A stretch of DNA of 64,000 nt from Candidatus Thermoflexus sinensis (lineage in GTDB: Bacteria > Chloroflexota > Anaerolineae > Thermoflexales > Thermoflexaceae). The notes beneath the pieces are model-generated. The model worked only from the letters and a program-made list of their open reading frames with translations. It was not told the DNA's origin and searched no databases. A program made the position numbers and the translations under genes. The stretch's first letter is position 1; the number at the start of each line of letters is the position of its first letter. The stretch is taken from the NCBI GenBank assembly GCA_016842045.1, contig JAEVEY010000140.1, positions 23,242-87,241 of the forward strand. The letters run 5' to 3'. Below are positions 57,142 through 64,000 of the stretch, piece by piece.

Positions 57142-57489
57142 TTATTGCTGAAGCTGCAAACTCTGAATATGAACGTTCACTTCCGCTACCGGAAGGCCGG
57201 TGGTTTTCTCCACCTGATATTTGATGGTGTGCTGCACGCTGCGGGCGACGGCGATCAGCCGGACCCCATATGCCAGGATGAGGTAGACATCGATCACCAG
57301 GCCATCCGGCCGCTCCCGGATCTCAATGCTCCGTCGAGCGTCGGGAGCGAAGAAATTGGCGACCACATCGGTCATACGGTGCGAAGCCAGACCGACGACT
57401 CCATAGCACTGTGCGAGGGCCTGGGCGACGATCGTGGCAATGGCTGTGGGCAGCACCTCGATCCGCCCCAGTTCATTCTGTTCTTTCAT
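57142..57489 (-). CDS. Asp23/Gls24-family protein (YloU-like)
   Basis: LGRIEV...IA.IV, CYGVVG, YGV, V..VNVHI. Usual position upstream of fakA. Confidence 0.9.
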   Translation of the reverse strand: MKEQNELGRIEVLPTAIATIVAQALAQCYGVVGLASHRMTDVVANFFAPDARRSIEIRERPDGLVIDVYLILAYGVRLIAVARSVQHTIKYQVEKTTGLPVAEVNVHIQSLQLQQ

Positions 57490-57589
57490 GGTTTCCGACT
57501 CCTCTGAGGTCTGGCCGGCAAACCGATTGCGTGGATCCCCGGAAGCCTCCTGAAACGGAGCGCGCGGCGAGGGCTCCCACCCCGGTTAA

Positions 57590-57709
57590 CTCCCCCCAAA
57601 AATATATTGATCCCCCCTCCCCACGGCCCAAAGGGCCGTGGGGAGGGGGGATAAAGGGGGGTGGGCTCATTTTACCTCTTCTCGCGAGCCCCGAACTGCG
57701 TATCTCCTA
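57590..57709. mobile_element. Partial TAGG MITE subtype B (left end lost)
   Basis: Core hairpin and right end AACTGCGTATCTCCTA match 3305 and 15616. Confidence 0.8.
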
Positions 57710-57779
57710 TTTATCTTAACCCAACTTGCTACCGCTTCATCCAGATGGGTTTTAGGGATCTGAGATGATGAAGGCCAAC

Positions 57780-58045
57780 GACCCCACCCCCTTGATTCCC
57801 CATCCCCACGGCCCCAGGGGCTGTGAGGAGGGGAAATCAAAAGCATTTTGGGGGCGCGAGCCGGGCACCTTCGGTGCCCGGCTCGCCCCAGACCCCCAGG
57901 GAGCCAAAACGAAAGTGGAGTGGGCGAATCACCCCACCCCTCTGGATCCCCTCCCTGCGGCCCAAAGGGCCACAGGGAGGGGATGAAAGATTGGAGGCGG
58001 GTCGGGCGTCTTTGGTGCTTGGCCCGCCTCCAAACGCATAACTCC
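57780..58045. repeat. Tandem pair of degenerate two-hairpin units (BIME-like mosaic)
   Basis: Two units, each CCCCACCCC..GATCCCC, hairpin 1 (CGGCCC-loop-GGGC), then hairpin 2 (CGGGC..GGTGC..GG). Confidence 0.6.
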
Positions 58046-58333
58046 AAATTATGGATGAAGCCCTGCCCCGATTCCCTCTCGAACGCTGGAGGTGCAGGAT
58101 GCTGGGCCTGAGGCCGGCCGACAGGACGCGCCCGGAGGTTTCAGGTGGAGTCTCGAGGATTCTGGGGCCCCGCCTCTTCGCCTGGAAGGGGACAGGCAGC
58201 AAGTTGCGTTAAAATATGGATTGATATACAACGCGGCATGGGGATAGTACGCGTGGATGATCTCAAAGGATTGGGAATGGGGCAACGTGCTGCCTCACCG
58301 GTGAAGGATTTTTCTCTTCGTGGAGGGGGACCC

Positions 58334-59236
58334 ATGATGACTGGGGAAGTTCAACGTGCCTATGGGACCGTAACCGTGAAGCGAGGGCTCGCCCAGATGC
58401 TGAAGGGCGGCGTGATCATGGATGTCACCAATGCGGAGCAGGCTCAGATCGCGGAGGAGGCGGGCGCGGTAGCCGTAATGGCCCTTGAACGGGTTCCTGC
58501 GGATATCCGGGCTCACGGCGGGGTGGCCCGGATGGCGGACCCCGAAAAGATCCTCGAGATTATGGAGGCGGTCACCATCCCGGTGATGGCCAAATGCCGG
58601 ATCGGCCACTATATGGAGGCGAAGATCCTGGAAGCCCTTGGGGTGGACTTCATCGACGAATCCGAGGTTCTGACCCCTGCGGACGAGCAATATCACATCA
58701 ACAAATGGGAATTTAAAGTCCCCTTCGTCTGCGGTGCGCGGGATCTTGGAGAAGCCCTGCGCCGGATCGCTGAGGGGGCGGCGATGATCCGATCCAAAGG
58801 GGAGGCGGGGACCGGGAACGTGGTGGAGGCGGTACGCCATGCCCGGGCGATCATGGGCGCCATCCGACGAATCCAGGGGATGGGAGAGGAAGAGCTGGTG
58901 GCCTACGCGAAGGAGATCGGCGCTCCTTATGAGCTGGTCCTGGAAACGCGGCGCCTCGGGCGCCTGCCGGTCGTCCTCTTCGCCGCCGGCGGGATCGCCA
59001 CTCCAGCCGATGCGGCGCTGATGATGTGGTTGGGGATGGATGGCGTGTTCGTGGGAAGCGGGATCTTCAAGAGTGAGAATCCGTATAAGCGGGCGCGAGC
59101 GATCGTGGAGGCCGTGACCTACTGGCAGGAACCGGAGATCCTGGCCATGGTCAGCCGGAACCTGGGCGAGCCGATGTATGGCATCGATGTCCGGCAGCTC
59201 ACGGAGGCTCAGCGCCTCGCGCTGCGCGGGTGGTGA
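58334..59236 (+). CDS. pdxS: Pyridoxal 5'-phosphate synthase lyase subunit
   Basis: [56 protein letters not shown]. Confidence 0.98.
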   Translation: MMTGEVQRAYGTVTVKRGLAQMLKGGVIMDVTNAEQAQIAEEAGAVAVMALERVPADIRAHGGVARMADPEKILEIMEAVTIPVMAKCRIGHYMEAKILEALGVDFIDESEVLTPADEQYHINKWEFKVPFVCGARDLGEALRRIAEGAAMIRSKGEAGTGNVVEAVRHARAIMGAIRRIQGMGEEELVAYAKEIGAPYELVLETRRLGRLPVVLFAAGGIATPADAALMMWLGMDGVFVGSGIFKSENPYKRARAIVEAVTYWQEPEILAMVSRNLGEPMYGIDVRQLTEAQRLALRGW

Positions 59237-59342
59237 GGCCCTTCCGTTTTCCCTTCCCGCAGCTTGAAGGGCTGAAGCATAGGGAAAGCGGAATCACGCG
59301 ATCTGCTGGCGGTCGGATCACCCCTTATCTTTCAGGAGGTGC

Positions 59343-59939
59343 ATGGTGCGGATCGGGGTGCTGGGATTGCAGGGGGATTACCTGGAGCACCATCAGATGC
59401 TTCGCCGGCTAAATGTGGAGACGGTGGATGTCCGTCTCCCTTCCCATCTGGAAGGAGTGGACGGCCTGATCATCCCGGGTGGGGAGAGCACCACCATCGG
59501 CGCCCTGGCGGAGCGCTATGGTTTGATGGAGCCGCTCCGCCGCATAGCCGAGGCGGGCGTGCCGATCTGGGGCACCTGCGCCGGCATGATTTTTCTGGCC
59601 CGGGATGTGGGCCGTCCTCAGCCCACCCTGGGCCTGATGGATATCCGGGTGCGGCGGAACGCCTTCGGCCGTCAGATCGATAGCTTTGAGGCGGATCTGG
59701 AGATCCCGGCCCTGGCCCGGATAGGGGATCCCCGACCCTTCCATGCGGTCTTCATTCGGGCTCCGCTGATCGAGGCGGCAGGACCTGATGTGGAAGTCCT
59801 GGCCCGTCTGGAGGATGGAACTATTGTGGCTGCTCAGCAGGGACATCTGCTGGCCACCGCCTTCCATCCTGAACTGACGGACGACACCCGGTTTCATCGA
59901 TATTTCCTGGAAATCGTTCGACAGGCTTCCCGCCGATGA
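59343..59939 (+). CDS. pdxT: Pyridoxal 5'-phosphate synthase glutaminase subunit
   Basis: GVLGLQGD, PGGEST, WGTCAG, RNAFGRQ, AVFIRAP, FHPEL. Confidence 0.98.
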   Translation: MVRIGVLGLQGDYLEHHQMLRRLNVETVDVRLPSHLEGVDGLIIPGGESTTIGALAERYGLMEPLRRIAEAGVPIWGTCAGMIFLARDVGRPQPTLGLMDIRVRRNAFGRQIDSFEADLEIPALARIGDPRPFHAVFIRAPLIEAAGPDVEVLARLEDGTIVAAQQGHLLATAFHPELTDDTRFHRYFLEIVRQASRR

Positions 59940-60778
59940 TCCGATCCTTGCGGATAAGGGATGGCCCGCGTTTCCTGGCGGCCGCCCACACGGGTTTATA
60001 TCTGGATGAGCGCACGGCACGGGTCGATCGCTTCCATCCAATCGAGGCCGCCACTGTTTCCATGTTCTTGCCGGACCTGGCCCCGGTGCTGACCCTTTCC
60101 GATCGCTCAGGAACGTGTTTTCTCCAATTGAGCCGTCGGGGCCGAGGGGAGGAGGGGCGCCTGCTTTTTATGGCGCCCGCGCCGGTGACCTCAGATCTGG
60201 AGATGATAGCCGGGTGGGAGACGGCCTTTCGTGCGGTCACGGAATGGTCGGCCGCCCATGGGATCCGGCGTCTGGTGGCGGAGGTGGCGCTGGATGAACT
60301 GCGGCCGGCCCTTCTCCATCGCCTGGGCTTCGAGCGAACCCGTCGTTACACGGTGTGGTCGGGCCCTGCCGGGGTGGTGGAGCGGGCCTTTCAGGCACTT
60401 TCCGGCCGCGAGCCCACGATCCACGCTTCATCGTGGGCGCTCTATCGGGGGGCAAGGGGAGCCTGGGTCGAGGAAATCCGAAGCATGCCGGAGGATCCGC
60501 TCCGGGAGCTGGCGCAGACCCTCACGGATCTGGGCGTCCGCTGGCGGCATCCGGTTTACGTGCAGGTTCGCCGGGAAACCCCGGAGGTGGCCGAAGCTTT
60601 ACGGGCGCTGGGGTTCCATCCGGCTTTCACCATGTGGCGGATGGTGCGATGGATCGCGGTCCCCCTTCGATTGCCGTCCGCGGAGGAACTGGAAACGAGC
60701 GCCCTGACCTCCCTGGCGTTCTACTTCCATCCGGCGACGCGCTCGCCGATTTGGGAGCGGGCCGTAGACTCCGGATAG
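59936..60778 (+). CDS. Hypothetical protein (possibly degenerate GNAT-like fold)
   Basis: 280 aa ORF with ATGA overlap to pdxT and coding-like composition. No motif I can name firmly. Confidence 0.65.
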   Translation: MIRSLRIRDGPRFLAAAHTGLYLDERTARVDRFHPIEAATVSMFLPDLAPVLTLSDRSGTCFLQLSRRGRGEEGRLLFMAPAPVTSDLEMIAGWETAFRAVTEWSAAHGIRRLVAEVALDELRPALLHRLGFERTRRYTVWSGPAGVVERAFQALSGREPTIHASSWALYRGARGAWVEEIRSMPEDPLRELAQTLTDLGVRWRHPVYVQVRRETPEVAEALRALGFHPAFTMWRMVRWIAVPLRLPSAEELETSALTSLAFYFHPATRSPIWERAVDSG

Positions 60779-60825
60779 CAAGAGCGTAGCGGATCGAAGA
60801 CACGCCGGTTGATGGACTATGGGAA

Positions 60826-60877
60826 GGGGGTAGGGACGAGCAGCCTGGTCGCTCGCTCCCACCCCCTTCATTTTATC
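60826..60877 (+). terminator. Probable terminator after the pdxST operon
   Basis: GAAGGGGGT.GGGA.CGAGC / GCTCGCTCCCACCCCCTTC stem followed by ATTTTAT. Confidence 0.55.
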
Positions 60878-61289
60878 TGGGCCACTGGGCACCTGGTCTG
60901 CCCCAAAACTCCTGAGGGAGAGCTGACGGTGTAACCCTCATGGAGGCGAGTCAGAGAGCGCGCTTTCAGCATGCCGCCCGATGGCCAGGAAGGAGGGTTT
61001 TCGGGGACGGGAGGCCTTCGACCATCGAATAGCATCTGATCCGAATCGTCAGGGTTGCCGCGGAGCGAGTTCTTCTTTGATATAATGGGCTTGAACATAC
61101 AGGAACCGCTGCTTCTTCCACGTTCGTTTTAGGGATATGCGGTGGAGGAAGAGGATGGCCCCTTCCTCTTCCCTGCGGCCCGAAGGGCCGCAGGGAAGAG
61201 GAAAAAATCTTTTAGGGGCTGGGCTGGGGGCCAAAGGCCTCCAACCCAGCCCCTAAAAACCACCGATTTGTTAGGGAAAGGGAATTCCC

Positions 61290-61823
61290 ATGACCCAACC
61301 TGGAATTCGAACGGGAACCATTACCGTCGATTTCCTGACCCCTACCCATCGGATCTCCGCCCAGATGGTGCTAAGAGGCCGGGTTCTGGGGGACGTTTTA
61401 AACGATGTCCGTACCTCCTTCATTCCCCTGGAAACCGTGTTCCTCTCGCGCCTGGAGGAGCCCGCCCGTATCCTCAAAAGCTTTGGGGCCGCCATCCTGA
61501 GCAAAAACCACATCACTATGGCCATCGTCAACGTGGGCGTTGAGATGGCCCTGAAGACCGTCTCCCCTGCCTATGGCTCTCGAAAAGTGTATGGCGTATT
61601 CGCCACCATACCCGGCTTTGAGATCGAGGGGACCATTGAATTCGTGGGCCGGCCTGATCTTCATGCGCTCCTGGTGACGAATGTGGAGCGCTTTATCCCG
61701 ATCATGAATGCGAAGGCGGTGATGAGCGAGCGGCCCGAGATGAATTTCGCCGGCGAGTTGATTTTCGTGAACCGAGATTTCATCGGCCTGCTCTCGTTAA
61801 GTGGAGAGGTGGCTCAAGGATGA
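61290..61823 (+). CDS. Small protein with two internally repeated halves (DUF6812-like)
   Basis: Both halves show V...T..(H/F)(R/E)I.G/A ... L+ ... FIP(L/I) ... (S/N)(K/R)..I. ATGA overlap with the next gene. Confidence 0.65.
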   Translation: MTQPGIRTGTITVDFLTPTHRISAQMVLRGRVLGDVLNDVRTSFIPLETVFLSRLEEPARILKSFGAAILSKNHITMAIVNVGVEMALKTVSPAYGSRKVYGVFATIPGFEIEGTIEFVGRPDLHALLVTNVERFIPIMNAKAVMSERPEMNFAGELIFVNRDFIGLLSLSGEVAQG

Positions 61824-62929
61824 CCCGCATCCTGGTGATCGATGATGATATCGAGCTCCTTCAGATGGTCCGCGTGATGCTGGAGCGGGCCGGGTTCGAG
61901 GTGTTCACCAGCGCGGATGGTGCGGATGGGATTGAGAAAACCCGCCAGCTCCGGCCGGATCTGGTGATCCTGGATTTGATGATGCCAGAGATCGATGGCT
62001 TTCAGGTCCTCCAGGCCATCCGGAACGATCCTCTGGTCAACGACACGCCAGTCCTGGTCCTCACAGCACGGGCCCAACCGGTGGATCGGGAGGCCGCCCT
62101 TGCTGCTCGGGCGGATGATTATCTGGCCAAGCCGGTCTCCCAGAAGGAGCTCCTGGACCGGGTGCAGGAGGTGCTGAACCGGCGCCGGCGAGCGGGCGGC
62201 CAGGGTTCGGTTGTGCTCTTCCTGGGTCTTCGAGGGGGAACCGGAACCACCACGCTGGCGGTGAACACCGCGCTGGCGCTGATTCGCAGCGGCCCTGTGG
62301 TGCTGTGGGATGCCAGCCTGAGCTCCGGCCATGCGGGGCTTCATCTCCGGATCGCTCCACGGATCTCCTGGCTGGACTGGTGGCGGGATGGGTGTTCCAA
62401 GGAGAATCTGGAAGCTCATCTGACGCCCCATCCGGCCGGGCTCAGCCTGTTCCCCGCCCCCCTCATGCCGGTTACGGAGGCCGTTGAAGAATCCCTGGTG
62501 AGCCTGACGCTGGACGTTCTGCGGGAACGTTTCACTTTTGTGGTCATCGATGGGCCCTCCACGCTGGTGCCCCTTGGCCTTGTCTTCTGTCAGCATGCGG
62601 ATCAGATATTCCTGGTGATGAACCCCGAGGTGGGCTCCCTGCAGACCACGGTGATGACCCTGCGCGCCCTGCAATCGGCGGGGATCCCGCTGGAGCGAAT
62701 GCACGTCGTGGTGAATCATGCAGCGGGGCCGGGCACGTTGAATGCCCAGACGATTGAGCGCGCGCTGGGCCGGGCGCCGATGCTGACCGTGCCGTTTGAC
62801 CCCAATCAGGCGGTGGCGCTGGTCCAGGGCACCCCGCTCATCCTGAGCCACCCGAATGGTCCCCTGGCGATAGCGGCACAGCGACTGGCCGGACACATTC
62901 TATCCGCTGTGCGCCAGCCAGGGGGTTGA
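61820..62929 (+). CDS. Receiver domain fused to TadZ/CpaE-like domain
   Basis: LVIDDD, VILDLMMP, ADDYLAKP, then GLRGGTGTTT, VVIDGP, VVNH, A..QG.PL. Confidence 0.85.
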   Translation: MTRILVIDDDIELLQMVRVMLERAGFEVFTSADGADGIEKTRQLRPDLVILDLMMPEIDGFQVLQAIRNDPLVNDTPVLVLTARAQPVDREAALAARADDYLAKPVSQKELLDRVQEVLNRRRRAGGQGSVVLFLGLRGGTGTTTLAVNTALALIRSGPVVLWDASLSSGHAGLHLRIAPRISWLDWWRDGCSKENLEAHLTPHPAGLSLFPAPLMPVTEAVEESLVSLTLDVLRERFTFVVIDGPSTLVPLGLVFCQHADQIFLVMNPEVGSLQTTVMTLRALQSAGIPLERMHVVVNHAAGPGTLNAQTIERALGRAPMLTVPFDPNQAVALVQGTPLILSHPNGPLAIAAQRLAGHILSAVRQPGG

Positions 62930-63213
62930 TGTCCGCGGATGAAACCAGGAGCAGCAGCAAAGCCGCTGCCCCTGGCTCTTATGAATGGGGGAATTTCAAG
63001 GTTTCAGGGTGTGGAGGCATACCTTCGGCGTGCCCTCACCTTGAGAAACTCCCTCTTTCTCCTCACAGCCCCCGGGCTGTGGGGATGAGCTTCATCCCAT
63101 CCCTCTAACAGAAACCCGCGGCGCAAGCCCTGCGTGAATGGAGCAAGCCGTCGCAGGCTGAGGAACCCGAGGCTTTCCCGGATGAAAGCGATCTTTCCAT
63201 CAGGAGGGGGACG

Positions 63214-64000
63214 ATGAGCATTTTCGAGCTCTTCTGGATCTTCCTGATTTTCAGCACCATGTTTCCCGCCCTGCAACGCCGGCTTCTGGAGGAAGCTCGC
63301 GCGCGGCTGATGCGTCAGATCGAGCGTCGACGAGGCACGCGCCTGATCACGATGATCCATCGTCAGGAGACCATCGGGTTTTTCGGACTCCCCATCTCCC
63401 GTTACATTGACATCGAGGATTCCGAGCAGGTCCTCCGGGCGATCCGGTTGACCCCTCCGGATATGCCTATCGATCTGATCCTCCACACACCGGGTGGTCT
63501 GGTTCTGGCCGCCGAGCAGATCGCCCAGGCGCTGGTCCGCCATCCGGCGAAGGTGACTGTGTTCATCCCCCATTATGCGATGTCCGGTGGGACGTTGATC
63601 GCGCTGGCAGCGGATGAGATCGTGATGGACGAGAACGCTGTGCTGGGCCCGGTGGATCCTCAGCTGGGGCAGTATCCGGCGGCTTCAATCCTGAGGGTGG
63701 TGGAGACCAAGCCGCTGGCGAACATTGAGGATCACACCCTCATCCTGGCGGATATCGCCCGCAAGGCGATGGAGCAGGTGCGTTCGACGGTGATCGAGCT
63801 GCTCACCGCCAATGGGATGGATCCGGAGCGGGCGACGATGATCGCGGAGGCTCTGAGCAGCGGGCGCTGGACGCATGATTATCCGATCTCGGTTCGGGAA
63901 GCGCAGGCGCTGGGATTGCCAGTTCGCGTTGGATTGCCTGAAGAGATCTATCATCTTATGGAAATGTTCCCGCAAGCCACCCCGCGGCGTCCCTCGGTAG
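63214..64000 (+). CDS. ClpP-class serine protease-like protein (SDH/DUF114 family), runs off the window
   Basis: Manual translation from ATG 63214 (GGAGG RBS): IHRQET, DLILHTPGGLVLAAEQIA, PHYAMSGGTLIALAADEI, GPVDPQ, WTHDYPI. Missing from the ORF track because there is no stop. Confidence 0.9.
   Translation, partial: MSIFELFWIFLIFSTMFPALQRRLLEEARARLMRQIERRRGTRLITMIHRQETIGFFGLPISRYIDIEDSEQVLRAIRLTPPDMPIDLILHTPGGLVLAAEQIAQALVRHPAKVTVFIPHYAMSGGTLIALAADEIVMDENAVLGPVDPQLGQYPAASILRVVETKPLANIEDHTLILADIARKAMEQVRSTVIELLTANGMDPERATMIAEALSSGRWTHDYPISVREAQALGLPVRVGLPEEIYHLMEMFPQATPRRPSV

Noticed and set aside
3305-57709. Repeated palindromes as a CRISPR array
   Set aside because: Copies are dispersed, have TIRs and target duplications, lack regular spacers, and no cas genes are present.
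57490-57780. Expected rpmB (L28) upstream of the asp23-fakA cluster
   Set aside because: No L28-like frame found; the region is repeat DNA.
60868-61098. 76 aa minus-strand ORF or ncRNA in the gap after pdxST
   Set aside because: No motif, RBS or recognisable riboswitch/ncRNA consensus found by eye.

Overview
GC-rich bacterial chromosome segment. Gene content and protein style suggest a Chloroflexota member, Thermoflexus-like (inference only). It is mostly housekeeping: dnaE, alaS, rpsT, tpiA, pdxST, panE, nfi, a sirtuin, plsY, a fakA/degV/asp23 cluster, dpp permeases and tRNA-Ser(GGA). No prophage, CRISPR array or intact transposase is visible. Highlights: (1) a Sec-containing SelW/Rdx-family gene (CxxU, in-frame TGA, SECIS-like hairpin) at 48602-48841, missed by the ORF track; (2) an operon joining a SorC/LsrR-type regulator, a fused TPP-dependent E1alpha-beta, a lipoyl E2 and a galactitol-class PTS, followed by a Zn-dehydrogenase, suggesting an uncharacterised sugar/polyol-phosphate cleavage route; (3) three adjacent exported proteins sharing a short [YH]RxxLPL[IV]xR motif at N- or C-terminal positions; (4) a sortase beside a substrate with a non-canonical LGRTG signal; (5) three receiver-TadZ/CpaE-like proteins and one CpaF/TadA ATPase with no tadB/tadC/flp in the window; (6) a dense set of modular miniature elements: a TAGG(A/C)TTACGCAGTT-ended MITE family with 5-6 bp target duplications, a CAGGG-ended ISAs1-like MITE with a 10 bp duplication, a third end type, an IS1-family relic and shared hairpin modules. 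All product calls come from motif recognition by eye; no database searches were run.
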